Notes: a model not told the origin generated them from the letters alone. 64,000 bases of DNA from Candidatus Zambryskibacteria bacterium RIFCSPLOWO2_01_FULL_39_39 (GCA_001823925.1 MHWB01000004.1:22390-86389), one strand, 5' to 3'; shown: positions 1 through 9,288, numbered from the stretch's first letter. Program-made: numbers and translations.

Positions 1-65
1 AAAACACGGTACTTCTTTATCCGCATCGGTTGATGCACCTGAAAATAAAAGCAGACTGATGACAT
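1..65 (-). CDS. Glycoside hydrolase family 57 (alpha-amylase-like), N-terminus only; runs off the window edge
   Basis: Manual translation from ATG at 65 gives MSSVCFYFQVHQPMRIKKYRV, matching the GH57 N-terminal 'YFQVHQP' motif; not in the ORF track. Confidence 0.8.
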   Translation of the reverse strand, partial: MSSVCFYFQVHQPMRIKKYRV

Positions 66-71
66 TTTTTA

Positions 72-1349
72 TTACGCTATAGCAAACTCTAGACTCGGAA
101 TAAATTCTACAACCTTATTACTTTCTTCTAGAGAATTATATAACGAAATGAGAGAATCCGCCGCTTTTTTCCAGTGGATTGTCCGTACTTCTTTTTTGCC
201 AGTTATAGAAAGTTGGCTATGCAATTTTTTATTACGCAAAACACTTATTACTTTGTCCGTCATATCATCCACATCCCAAAAATTTGATTTGAGTACACAG
301 CTTACTACCTCACTCACCCCGGACTCCTTTGATATAAGGACTGGCGTATCAGAGAGCATAACCTCAAGTGGTAAAATACCGAATGGTTCAGAGACCGAGG
401 GCATCACATATATATCAGCAGCTCTATATACAGCCGAGAGTTCATCGCCACGCAAGAATCCACAGAAAATAAATCTGTTAGAAAGTCCCCTTCTACTTAC
501 ATCTCTTATCATTGACTCCTCCATATCACCACTTCCAGAAATTACAAAATATGTATTGGGCTCAAAGCTCAAAATCTTCTCCGCCATACTTACAAAATAA
601 TCAGGGCCTTTCTGAAAGGTTATCCTACCAGCAAAGAGGACAATGTTGTTGCCTTTATTTTTTAGATCTTGAATATTTAGAGGTACGGAATTTTGATTAT
701 TTTCAAACTCTACACCGTTATGAACAACTTTTACTTTATTTGGATCTATGCGATATCTTTCTATTACACTTTTTCTTGTTCTGCCGGAAACTGCGACAAT
801 CATATCTGCCTTACGAAATCCTTCTTTTTCTATTTCAAAAATATCTTTGTTTATATCTTCCCCGCTCCTGTCATATTCTGTAGCGTGTATATGGGTGACC
901 AGAGGTCTTTTGGAAAATTTCTTTGCTTCTATACCAGCTGGATAAGTGAGCCAGTCATGCACATGAATAATAGAATGTACAGTTTTGGAAGCAATGCTTG
1001 GCGCTTTTTTTGCATACAAAAAAACTCTCTCCATGAGAGAATTGCCCTTCATGCCAGAAATTTTACTGATTAATTCTTTATTAAAATTTGTAGAAGTGTG
1101 GCTCGTATAACCAGAAACATAATCCATAACTTCTTTAGAATTTTTAAACTCCACTTCCTCATCCGCAAACACAAACTTACACCACCGAGCTTTTATGGGG
1201 ACCTTGTAAGGAAGAGCAAAGGTAAGATTAACCCCACTTGCAGAAAGAGCTTTAGACATCCCCTCGCAAGCAACACCAAGCCCCCCACTGTTATATGGAG
1301 GAAATTCCCAGCCGAACATTAAGACATTTGGTGATTTAAAATTGGCCAC
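72..1349 (-). CDS. GT4 glycosyltransferase, glycogen/alpha-glucan synthase-like
   Basis: N-terminal MFGWEFPP..SGGLG, HVHDWLT and PSVSEPFG..LE motifs; directly upstream of the GH57 gene. Confidence 0.88.
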   Translation of the reverse strand: MANFKSPNVLMFGWEFPPYNSGGLGVACEGMSKALSASGVNLTFALPYKVPIKARWCKFVFADEEVEFKNSKEVMDYVSGYTSHTSTNFNKELISKISGMKGNSLMERVFLYAKKAPSIASKTVHSIIHVHDWLTYPAGIEAKKFSKRPLVTHIHATEYDRSGEDINKDIFEIEKEGFRKADMIVAVSGRTRKSVIERYRIDPNKVKVVHNGVEFENNQNSVPLNIQDLKNKGNNIVLFAGRITFQKGPDYFVSMAEKILSFEPNTYFVISGSGDMEESMIRDVSRRGLSNRFIFCGFLRGDELSAVYRAADIYVMPSVSEPFGILPLEVMLSDTPVLISKESGVSEVVSCVLKSNFWDVDDMTDKVISVLRNKKLHSQLSITGKKEVRTIHWKKAADSLISLYNSLEESNKVVEFIPSLEFAIA

Positions 1350-2385
1350 TTTTTTTGTAAGTCATAATAAAAGGGCAGATTCGGATCAGAGCCATAAAAG
1401 CACTCACCACTACCGGACCAACCAAAAACCCGATCGCTCCAAAAACCTCCACTCCACCAAGTATTGAAAAAAGTACAATGAGCGGGTGCACCCTTATCTT
1501 ATCTTTTAAAAACATTGCTGATATAAAATTATCAATGAGCCCCACCGCTATCGCCCCCCAAAGGAGAAGTCCTATGCCACTACCCACGTGGTGAGTCAAA
1601 AACAGATAAGCAACCGCCGGCACAGTTATTATTGAAGTTCCCAATATGGGCACCAGAGAAGCTACTCCACCCACAAAACCCCAAAGTATCGGTGAACCAA
1701 CTCCAAAAATAGCAAAACCAATACCAATAAAAGCGCCCTGGACAATGGCAACCAAAATACGTCCACGTAAGACAGCATCAACTGATGACCTTAGTGTTTC
1801 TATAAATTCTTCATCATGTTCATCTGGCAAAGGACTCCAAACAATTATGGATTTCTTTATTTTATTGCCAGAAATGAAAATATAATAAATAGAGATAAGT
1901 ATGAGTATAAAATTTAAAACACCACCAAAAACAGTGGCAAAAATGGAGCCGAAATGCCCTATTATCCAACCCAATGTATTACGAGCATACAATTCTAAGT
2001 TAATTTGAGAATCAAGCGCTCCGGACGGAAACAGTGAGGAAAACTTGCTTACCAATACATTGACTTGTGAGATGAAAACTTGAGACCCACCGCCAAAAGC
2101 TATTGAATTATACAAATCAACGGCTTCTTTCAAAAGCAGGCCCGACAAAACAATAATCGGGATAATAATAAAGATAAGTATTAAAAAAGTGGTAGTGAAA
2201 GCGGCCAAGTTTTTCCTTTCATCAAATTTTTTGACCAGTTTTTCATACAGAGGATAAAAAGCAATAGCAAAAACTCCAGAAATAAACAAGACATTAAAAT
2301 ATGGTCTAAAGACAAAAAATAGTAAAACAAAGAGACTTATAGTCAGAGCTATAAAAAAAGTTAGTTGTATTGTTTTTTGAGACAT
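1336..2385 (-). CDS. AI-2E family (PerM/YdiK-like) transporter
   Basis: Multi-TM protein with ~350 aa; 'HPLIVLFSILGGVEVFGAIGFLVGP' C-terminal signature. Confidence 0.88.
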   Translation of the reverse strand: MSQKTIQLTFFIALTISLFVLLFFVFRPYFNVLFISGVFAIAFYPLYEKLVKKFDERKNLAAFTTTFLILIFIIIPIIVLSGLLLKEAVDLYNSIAFGGGSQVFISQVNVLVSKFSSLFPSGALDSQINLELYARNTLGWIIGHFGSIFATVFGGVLNFILILISIYYIFISGNKIKKSIIVWSPLPDEHDEEFIETLRSSVDAVLRGRILVAIVQGAFIGIGFAIFGVGSPILWGFVGGVASLVPILGTSIITVPAVAYLFLTHHVGSGIGLLLWGAIAVGLIDNFISAMFLKDKIRVHPLIVLFSILGGVEVFGAIGFLVGPVVVSAFMALIRICPFIMTYKKSGQF

Positions 2386-2437
2386 AAAAGCAGTCGCTCC
2401 TTAGGCGACCCGCCAACAAAAAGGCGGGAAGGTTATT

Positions 2438-3076
2438 TTATTTATTTAACCTACCTTTATATTTTAACACAATAAATATCCCCAGAGCCAAAATAGTGGA
2501 TAGTAGAAGCATATTTTCTATAGAAGAAATGGTTTTTGCATATTTTTCAAAAACTTCACCCACTTGCCAACCCAAAACACCCAAAATAATACCTCTAAAA
2601 AAAACGCCAACAAAAGTAATTAAAAAATACTTAAAAACATTCATATTCAAAATGCCACAAAAAGCTGAGATGGCGACACTAGGTACTATGGGCAGTATCC
2701 TTGCCCCCCCTATCAAAAGCTCATCTTTTCTAGTACCGCTTAGACGATTTTGGAGCTTTTCTATGTCTGTCCAGTAAAGACCTATAAATTTGCCCCATTT
2801 TTCTATCAAAAATTTACCCCCAAAACGAGCTGCAAAATAGATCACATAAGATCCAATAGTAACTCCCAAAGCAGCTGGAATAGCCACCTTAAAAATTAAG
2901 GCGCCCATTGAGCTCGTAGCTACCGGTCCCGAAACAAGCAAGAAGCCCGACATTGTCATTATGAGAGCAGAAGGTATAGGAGCGACTACTTCCTCTATAA
3001 CGCTCGCCACAAAGACCCCTAGAGCCCCCCAAGGCAATACGTTTACCTGCAAAAAATGTATCAAACCTTCAATCAT
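2438..3076 (-). CDS. DedA/VTT family membrane protein
   Basis: 'EEVVAPIPS', 'GSYVIYFAARFGG', 'ARILPIVP..AISAFCG' DedA motifs. Confidence 0.85.
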   Translation of the reverse strand: MIEGLIHFLQVNVLPWGALGVFVASVIEEVVAPIPSALIMTMSGFLLVSGPVATSSMGALIFKVAIPAALGVTIGSYVIYFAARFGGKFLIEKWGKFIGLYWTDIEKLQNRLSGTRKDELLIGGARILPIVPSVAISAFCGILNMNVFKYFLITFVGVFFRGIILGVLGWQVGEVFEKYAKTISSIENMLLLSTILALGIFIVLKYKGRLNK

Positions 3077-3110
3077 AATTTTTTCTTATATAAATTTAAA
3101 AACTTAGGAA

Positions 3111-3413
3111 TTAGATACTACCTATAACTCTCAAAGCAAAAGGATTGAAATATGAAGACATTTGAACACGATCAATATGTTCTTCCCTTTCAGAAACTAA
3201 ATCAACCAGGGAGCCACTTATTATATCCATTTCCATATTTGCACTCTTATTATCAAAGTTTTTTATAGTCTCAATTATAGAAAGTGCCCTTTTGTAAGCA
3301 TTTTGCATAGCTTCTTTATCACCCTTTTCTTTCCAAACAAAAATCCTTTGAATTTCACTCCCCAAATTTGCAACATAGAAATGTATAGGTTTGTTTTGTA
3401 ACATATTATTCAA
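3111..3413 (-). CDS. Hypothetical helical protein
   Basis: 100-aa ORF overlapping the stop of the upstream gene; 'ANLGSEI.R' motif. Confidence 0.6.
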   Translation of the reverse strand: MNNMLQNKPIHFYVANLGSEIQRIFVWKEKGDKEAMQNAYKRALSIIETIKNFDNKSANMEMDIISGSLVDLVSEREEHIDRVQMSSYFNPFALRVIGSI

Positions 3414-3750
3414 CCAAATTACTCACTATTTCTAAAATTTTATTTTTTAATTCTTCACTTTCAATCTCCATGCTTTTATTACTCTGTTTTGGTCTTATAT
3501 TTATAAGAGAGTTATATTCTAATCTTTCTTCTTTTGGTTTATTCAAATAAATGTTAAAACCCCATAAATTTTCTTGAGCGGAACCATCTTTTATTAAAAC
3601 CTCATTTGCATCCATATGCCACTCTCCGCCCAACGCAATTATACCTCTTTCAATATCAGCCACACCTTTTACCATTTCGACATAAATCTCTTTAGCCAAA
3701 TCTTCTAGTTCAGATTTTGTTATTTTTTGCCTTATTATCTTTATATCCAT
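3406..3750 (-). CDS. DUF5674 family protein
   Basis: 'MVKGVADIERG..ALGGEWHMDANEVL..DGS.QENLWGFN' and 'SLINIRPKQ.N'; ATG at 3750 preferred over the GTG at 3756. Confidence 0.75.
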   Translation of the reverse strand: MDIKIIRQKITKSELEDLAKEIYVEMVKGVADIERGIIALGGEWHMDANEVLIKDGSAQENLWGFNIYLNKPKEERLEYNSLINIRPKQSNKSMEIESEELKNKILEIVSNLVE

Positions 3751-3788
3751 ACCCACAGTTTAATTAAATTTCGGATAAAAAGAAAGAC
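3748..3788 (-). repeat. 41-bp promoter-like direct repeat, copy 1 (copy 2 at 5541-5581)
   Basis: 34/41 identical by manual alignment; ends in the ATG of the downstream gene. Confidence 0.75.
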
Positions 3789-4030
3789 TATAGATTTTCG
3801 TAAGTATTATCATTGCGCCTATCAATTTTTATTATATCTATTTCTTTTTCACTCATACGAAAAATTATTCTCAGATTTGATTTTCTGACTCTATACAAAT
3901 CATCAAAACCTTTCAACTTTTTAAAATTCAGATTTTCAAAATTTCTTGATTTTATCGCATTCAAATACTCCAGAGCAACAGACCTTTCTTTAGAAGAGAG
4001 CTTACTTAAAAACTTATCCAACTTGTTCAT
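3788..4030 (-). CDS. RelE/ParE family toxin
   Basis: 80 aa basic protein; 'KKLKGFDDLYRVRKSNLRIIF' and 'IDRRNDNTY'; overlaps the antitoxin stop. Confidence 0.8.
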   Translation of the reverse strand: MNKLDKFLSKLSSKERSVALEYLNAIKSRNFENLNFKKLKGFDDLYRVRKSNLRIIFRMSEKEIDIIKIDRRNDNTYENL

Positions 4031-4274
4031 TTAGTTTCTTGAGAGACTTCAGCACATTTGCAATAGACACCCCCCTCTTATTTATTTTAGTAAAATCTAC
4101 CACAGTTTCCCATAGACTATCGTCATCTTCATCAAACGGAATCACTTTAAAAACAGGCTTCGATCGTTTTACCACAGTAAAAGACTCGCCTTTATTTAAA
4201 CGATTTATATATTTTTGTATATTCAGTCTTAATTCTTTAAGCCCGATTATTTGGTTTTTCTTTTTGGTTATCAT
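4014..4274 (-). CDS. Phd/YefM family antitoxin
   Basis: 'IIGLKELR.N...YI..L.KGESFTVVKRSKPVFKVIP' Phd fold; upstream of the RelE-like toxin. Confidence 0.8.
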   Translation of the reverse strand: MITKKKNQIIGLKELRLNIQKYINRLNKGESFTVVKRSKPVFKVIPFDEDDDSLWETVVDFTKINKRGVSIANVLKSLKKLNEQVG

Positions 4275-4280
4275 ACACAA

Positions 4281-4308
4281 AGTTTATCTTAAGGTAACCT
4301 TATGTCAA
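4281..4308 (-). promoter_or_regulatory. Sigma70 promoter with a palindromic operator for the phd-relE operon
   Basis: TTGACA-16 nt-TAAACT on the minus strand; the spacer holds the palindrome TAAGGTnACCTTA (4290-4302). Confidence 0.7.
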
Positions 4309-4333
4309 GCCCCATGGCATTTTTTGATGTGCA

Positions 4334-5191
4334 CTATGAATGGTGACATAGATTATTCTCGCCTAGAAATTGTATTAATATTTCAGACAGTTTTTCTTCA
4401 TTGTCCTGAAAATCGTGGTCGCAATCCAAGATTTGTACGGTTTTAGCATTTGAATTCTCTTTTCTTATCAAATCCAAAGCCTCTGTGATTGGAATTACAG
4501 TATACTCTTCTTGATCTCCGATGACTGCCAAAATAGGAATCTTTATTTTCCTAAAAGAAGGCAGGTGCTTCTTGTGGAAAGGCAATGCGTCATCAAATTC
4601 AGGATTGAGGTCTGAAAAATCAACGTATGATTCCGCACTTTTAGGCATAATATTCCCATATGCATTTCTATCAAGGAAGACTTTTCCTTTGTCCTCCCGC
4701 ACAAGGTTACGAGCATATTCAATTTTCTTTTCATAGTCTTGAACAAGCAACGGTTCCGAACCCGAAGAAGTGGCGGGGGCAAGAAGTACAAGGGCAGAAA
4801 CTTTACCAGCATATTTCCCACGAATCATATAGTACGTAATTTTTTCCGTACCTAAGCTGTGCCCAGAAAGAATTATTTTTTCGTATCCTTGTTCCAAAGC
4901 GAATTCAATCCATGAATCTATATCAATCAAGCAGTCAGAAAACTTCTCAACCGCTGCACCATTTCCTTGCCATGCATCGTAAACTCCAGTTCCCCTATTA
5001 TTCGTCGAAAGCATAGATATGCCTTGGTGGGCCAATTTTTCAGTCAAAACTTCTATAAAGTATTCTTCATAAAAGTTACTTGCTGTTCCATGTATGTTCA
5101 AAAATATAGTTTTACTGTTCGGTACACGGAGATGAAGCGCATGAAGCCACAAATTATCTGGCGTCTTTATTTGTACGATTGGATAATTCAT
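4334..5191 (-). CDS. Alpha/beta hydrolase (DUF1749-like)
   Basis: HG oxyanion region, GHSLG nucleophile elbow, Asp (GDQEE) and His (DHDF) triad candidates. Confidence 0.82.
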   Translation of the reverse strand: MNYPIVQIKTPDNLWLHALHLRVPNSKTIFLNIHGTASNFYEEYFIEVLTEKLAHQGISMLSTNNRGTGVYDAWQGNGAAVEKFSDCLIDIDSWIEFALEQGYEKIILSGHSLGTEKITYYMIRGKYAGKVSALVLLAPATSSGSEPLLVQDYEKKIEYARNLVREDKGKVFLDRNAYGNIMPKSAESYVDFSDLNPEFDDALPFHKKHLPSFRKIKIPILAVIGDQEEYTVIPITEALDLIRKENSNAKTVQILDCDHDFQDNEEKLSEILIQFLGENNLCHHS

Positions 5192-5270
5192 TTTTTATTT
5201 TGCATATTTTTTTGATGCTCACCTGTATTCAAAATTCCACATTTTTTGAAATGTGTCCGAAATGGAAGCA

Positions 5271-5543
5271 TCATTTTAGGGATATTATTTGTAGGCCCTT
5301 TTCCTGTATATCTTCCATCTGCCAAAACTGCGTAAGATCATCAATTTTCCACTTTCCTACATAGCCAACTTCCCTTTCCAATTCTCGCCCAGTGTACTCC
5401 TTAGATTTTGGGTCCCATTCTCGCAGGAGTAGAGTATCGCCGTCTTCAATATCAAAGTCATTGAGTCGCAATTCAAAGGTTTTCTTACCATCAGTAATTG
5501 CTTGGAAATACTCTGGCCATATCTTTTTCTCAACTTTTTTCAT
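5271..5543 (-). CDS. DUF3850/ASCH (PUA-like) domain protein
   Basis: 'KIWPEYFQAI.DGKKTFELRLNDF....GD.L.LREWDP...YTGR'. Confidence 0.82.
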   Translation of the reverse strand: MKKVEKKIWPEYFQAITDGKKTFELRLNDFDIEDGDTLLLREWDPKSKEYTGRELEREVGYVGKWKIDDLTQFWQMEDIQEKGLQIISLK

Positions 5544-5581
5544 ACAACCAGTTTAATCAAAATTCAGATAAAAAGAAAGTC
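5541..5581 (-). repeat. 41-bp promoter-like direct repeat, copy 2
   Basis: Matches 3748-3788 at 34/41 positions. Confidence 0.75.
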
Positions 5582-5634
5582 GAGATGTTTCGGTTTTCTA
5601 GGAAGCGGAAGTGCTTCTATATTTAGCGATTACT

Positions 5635-5850
5635 TCAAGATTTTAGAAAATCCTTTAGATCAACTTGAATGTCTCTAAGTATTTTATGCAAAGTGCCTCG
5701 TGCAACAGGATTATTTGCCGGCACTGTTATTGAAATATTATCCCTTCTCATCCTAATATGGCTCCCTTTCTGCCTTACAACAGAATAACCTAGTTGCTCC
5801 AACTTGTTTATTACTTTTCTATAAGGCCAAGATGGAACCTTGATTTTCAA
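5635..5850 (-). CDS. hicA: HicA family toxin
   Basis: 'LEQLGY.VVRQKGSHIRM', 'ITVP', 'GTLHKILRD' motifs. Confidence 0.88.
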   Translation of the reverse strand: MKIKVPSWPYRKVINKLEQLGYSVVRQKGSHIRMRRDNISITVPANNPVARGTLHKILRDIQVDLKDFLKS

Positions 5851-5856
5851 CTTTGA

Positions 5857-6105
5857 TTAAATAGTTACCGTATGGAGACTTATCTCTCTGGGAGAGTATG
5901 ATTCTGCTATTTCGACATTTTCCTCCTCTTCAAGACAAAGCTCAATAACTTCTCTTATGTTTTTTAGAGCTTCGTCAAGAGTTCTACCCTGGGAATAGCA
6001 GCCACTAAAAACGGGACACTCTACAACATAGAAACCATCCTCGTCTTTTTCTACAAATACGGGGAATTGCTTGCCACCCACTGATTTAAATAGTTTTTTC
6101 TTCAT
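5857..6105 (-). CDS. hicB: HicB family antitoxin, short form
   Basis: 'EKDEDGFYVVECP.FSGCYSQGRTLDEALKNIREVIELCLE'; lies upstream of hicA (hicBA order). Confidence 0.88.
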   Translation of the reverse strand: MKKKLFKSVGGKQFPVFVEKDEDGFYVVECPVFSGCYSQGRTLDEALKNIREVIELCLEEEENVEIAESYSPREISLHTVTI

Positions 6106-6124
6106 AAATATATGATATCACAAA

Positions 6125-8605
6125 CTACGCCCCATGACACTTCTTAAACTTTTTGCCCGAGCCACACCAACAGGGATCATTTCTACCAAGATTTGAGTGT
6201 TGAGATTTAACACTTGTGGCATTTTCAGAATCTGTGACACTAGTGATTTTAAGTGCTTGGTTTTCTATGTCACGCTGAGCCGAAAGATCTGCCACTTTAT
6301 CGTCCACTTTAGTAATAGTGCCTAAAATAGCATTCTCAATACTCTCTTCCATTTCCTTAAAAAGCTTTAAACCCTCTTTTTTATATTCTACCAAGGGGTC
6401 TCTCTGCCCATAGGCGCGCAAGTTGACCGAGCCTCTCAAATAATCCATCATCTCCAAGTGGTCTACCCAAAACATATCAAAAGTTTGAAGGCTCAATTCT
6501 CTAAAGGCTTTTGTAAAATTTTCTTCTCCCAACTCTTTCCTCTTTTGAAGAATAGCGTCCTTGATTTCAGGCAGAGCATTTCCAGATATTTTTTCCAGAT
6601 AATCTAGAGTGGTTTTTTCATCTTCTATCAAAATATTTCTTCGACGCTCATAAAAAGTTTTCCTCTGAAAATTCAAGACGTCGTCGTACTCAAGAATATG
6701 TTTGCGCGCATCAAAATTAAGCCCTTCTATTTTTTCTTGAGCACTTTCCAAAGATCTGGTAATCAGTTTGTTTTCGATGGCTTCGTCTTCAGCAATACCC
6801 AAACGGCCCATCATATTTTTGACAGTATCAGAAGCAAACACTCTCATAATATGATCTTCCATTGAGACAAAAAATTGAGTCTCTCCAGAGTCCCCCTGAC
6901 GACCAGATCTCCCCCTAAGCTGGTTGTCTATTCTTCTGGCATCATGCCGCTCGGTACCCAAAACAAAAAGACCGCCCAAATTTTTTACTTTCTCATAAGC
7001 CTGTTTTTGGAAAGGCGCTCCTCCAAGTTTTATATCCACTCCACGGCCAGCCATGTTGGTCGCAACCGTCACCCCACTTTGCCTCCCAGCTTGAGCAATA
7101 ATCTCTCCTTCTCGCTCATGGTTTTTGGCATTTAACATTTCGAAATTTATTCCCTCCCTCTTTAGATATTCACCCAGAAGTTCATTTTTTTCAATTGATA
7201 TGGTACCAATAAGGACTGGTTGACCTATTTTTTGAAGTTCTTTGACTTTTTTGGCTATTGCCAAAAGCTTGCCATTTTCAGTTTGAAAAATAAGATCATT
7301 TTTATCAACTCTACCCGAAGGTTTGTTGGTTGGGATAGCGACAGTATTTAATCCATAAACTTTATAAAATTCTTCACTAGAAGTGGTAGCAGTACCCGTC
7401 ATACCAGAAAGCTTCTCATACATTCTAAAATAATTTTGATATGTAATAGATGCAAAAGTGCGACTTTCTTTTTGGACACTTACATTTTCCTTAGCTTCAA
7501 TCGCCTGATGTAGGCCCTCCGACCAACGTCTGCCCGGTTGAAGCCGACCGGTATAAGAATCGACAATGATCACTTCATCTTCTTTAACTACATAATCTTT
7601 ATCCAACTTGTACAAAGCTTTGGCTTTCACCGCCGTTTCCAAATGATGCACCAACTTGATACCTCCTTCAGCATAAATATTTTCCAAACCCAAAATTTCT
7701 TCGGCTTTGCTGATACCTTCATCTGTCAAAAGCACTGCGTGCATCTTTTCATCCACCGTATAATGATCATTTTCTTTAAGTTTATCGGCTACGCCTGCAA
7801 ATTTCTTGTACAAAACATCCGAATCTGCAGCTGGAGCGGAGATAATGAGAGGTGTCCGAGCTTCATCAATAAGTATTGAGTCTATCTCATCTACGATGGC
7901 AAAATGATGTTTTTTTTGTCTTACTTTTTCGTATTTATATTCAAGATTGTCGCGTAAATAATCAAAACCAAATTCACTATTAGTACCATAAGTAATGTCA
8001 GCTTCATAAGCTTCTACTCTACTACAGGGTTTTAAAAATTCATGCACAATGTGAAAAGAACCCTTTTCATCTCTCTCTTCGTCCGCCGAAGCTTTAGCGG
8101 AGGAGGATTGTCCGTCATAAATAAAACTTGACTCATGAGCAATCACAGAAACTCTTAATCCGAGCGCATCATAAATTTCTCCCATCCAAACCGCATCGCG
8201 ACGGGAAAGATAATCGTTGACCGTTACCACATGCACTCCTTTGCCCTCCAGAGCATTTAGATAAGCCGGCAGAGTGGCAACCAGAGTCTTACCTTCTCCG
8301 GTCCGCATTTCAGCGATACTTCCCCGATGCATAGCGATACCACCCAAAAGCTGAACATCAAAATGTCTTTCCCCCAAAGTTCTTTTGGCCGCCTCACGCA
8401 CGCAAGCAAAAGCTTCTGGCAAAATATCTTCCAATGTTTCCTTTTTTGCCAATCTTTCCTTAAATTCAAGAGTTTTACCTTTCAACTCTTCATTAGATAA
8501 TTTAGAAATAGCCTCCTCAAAGTCGTTTATTTGAGGGATCAAAGGTGATATTTCCTTTATATAACGAGAACTCCCGTCTCCAAATATTTTGTCCAAAAAT
8601 GACAT
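6125..8605 (-). CDS. secA: Preprotein translocase ATPase SecA
   Basis: MRTGEGKT Walker A, VDEIDSILIDEARTPLIIS, RRIDNQLRGRSGRQGD, C-terminal GRNDPCWCGSGKKFKKCH. Confidence 0.98.
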   Translation of the reverse strand: MSFLDKIFGDGSSRYIKEISPLIPQINDFEEAISKLSNEELKGKTLEFKERLAKKETLEDILPEAFACVREAAKRTLGERHFDVQLLGGIAMHRGSIAEMRTGEGKTLVATLPAYLNALEGKGVHVVTVNDYLSRRDAVWMGEIYDALGLRVSVIAHESSFIYDGQSSSAKASADEERDEKGSFHIVHEFLKPCSRVEAYEADITYGTNSEFGFDYLRDNLEYKYEKVRQKKHHFAIVDEIDSILIDEARTPLIISAPAADSDVLYKKFAGVADKLKENDHYTVDEKMHAVLLTDEGISKAEEILGLENIYAEGGIKLVHHLETAVKAKALYKLDKDYVVKEDEVIIVDSYTGRLQPGRRWSEGLHQAIEAKENVSVQKESRTFASITYQNYFRMYEKLSGMTGTATTSSEEFYKVYGLNTVAIPTNKPSGRVDKNDLIFQTENGKLLAIAKKVKELQKIGQPVLIGTISIEKNELLGEYLKREGINFEMLNAKNHEREGEIIAQAGRQSGVTVATNMAGRGVDIKLGGAPFQKQAYEKVKNLGGLFVLGTERHDARRIDNQLRGRSGRQGDSGETQFFVSMEDHIMRVFASDTVKNMMGRLGIAEDEAIENKLITRSLESAQEKIEGLNFDARKHILEYDDVLNFQRKTFYERRRNILIEDEKTTLDYLEKISGNALPEIKDAILQKRKELGEENFTKAFRELSLQTFDMFWVDHLEMMDYLRGSVNLRAYGQRDPLVEYKKEGLKLFKEMEESIENAILGTITKVDDKVADLSAQRDIENQALKITSVTDSENATSVKSQHSNLGRNDPCWCGSGKKFKKCHGA

Positions 8606-8630
8606 AAGTAGGGCTTATAATACCATAAAA

Positions 8631-8665
8631 TAACAAAAATTCCGCACGAGGCGGAATTTTTGTTA
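8631..8665. terminator. Bidirectional terminator-like hairpin
   Basis: Perfect 15-bp inverted repeat TAACAAAAATTCCGC/GCGGAATTTTTGTTA with a 5-nt loop. Confidence 0.7.
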
Positions 8666-8753
8666 AGTGGGAAAAGAGAACTTCTCGCTTTCGCTCGAAG
8701 ACCTCAATTTTGCAATCATATTCTAGTAAAAATAGAATGTGAGCAAAATTGGG

Positions 8754-8798
8754 TTATGCTCTTTTCTTCTTTGTTGCTTTCTTTTTCTTTGCTGCCAT
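8754..8798 (-). CDS. 14-aa Lys-rich micropeptide MAAKKKKATKKKRA
   Basis: ATG...TAA in frame, GGAGG SD 12 nt upstream, long hairpin (8702-8753) right after the stop; below the ORF-track cutoff. Confidence 0.6.
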   Translation of the reverse strand: MAAKKKKATKKKRA

Positions 8799-9037
8799 TT
8801 TATTTGTGTTCCTCCCCCGCAAAAACGAGATCGGAATGAGATTATTTTTTTAAGCGCGCTTATTCCTAAAAATTTTATTCACTTTTTAGTTAGAAAATTT
8901 TTAGGAACGTTCGACCTGCTGTAATTATCGCTCTAAAAAAATTTTTAGTAAATGATTTTTTATAAAAATATGTGGATAACTAAAAAATTTATAAAATAAA
9001 TTTTTTATACTGAACGAAGTGAATGTATTTTTGAATA

Positions 9038-9110
9038 CCAAAAAAATAATTTCAAAAAATTTTTCTTGCAAGACGAGCCTCAGAAAAATTTTTTGAAATT
9101 ATTTTTTTGG
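9038..9110. repeat. Perfect 29-bp AT-rich inverted repeat with a 15-nt loop
   Basis: 9038-9066 is the exact reverse complement of 9082-9110. Confidence 0.9.
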
Positions 9111-9115
9111 AAACT

Positions 9116-9230
9116 AAAAAACACCTTGAGATTTTCAAATGGTGTTTTTTTGTGTCGTCGCGCGACCGGCGGAAGCTATCTCCAAAACAAATGTCTATGT
9201 GAGTGCGAACCGCCGGTCACGCCGCGACAT
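9116..9230 (-). ncRNA. Candidate small RNA B: GC-rich long hairpin with a large loop, then a terminator
   Basis: Promoter TTGTAA(9265-9260)-17 nt-TATTAT(9242-9237); stem 9153-9172/9210-9229; terminator 9116-9150. Confidence 0.55.
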
Positions 9231-9288
9231 ATATTAATAATAACTCACCGCACTATCTCTTACAATAACCCCACCCTTTTCAGCAACG

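Noticed and set aside
9151-9230. SRP (4.5S) RNA near secA
   Set aside because: The hairpin lacks the conserved SRP helix-8 CAGG..GRAA..AGCA motif on either strand
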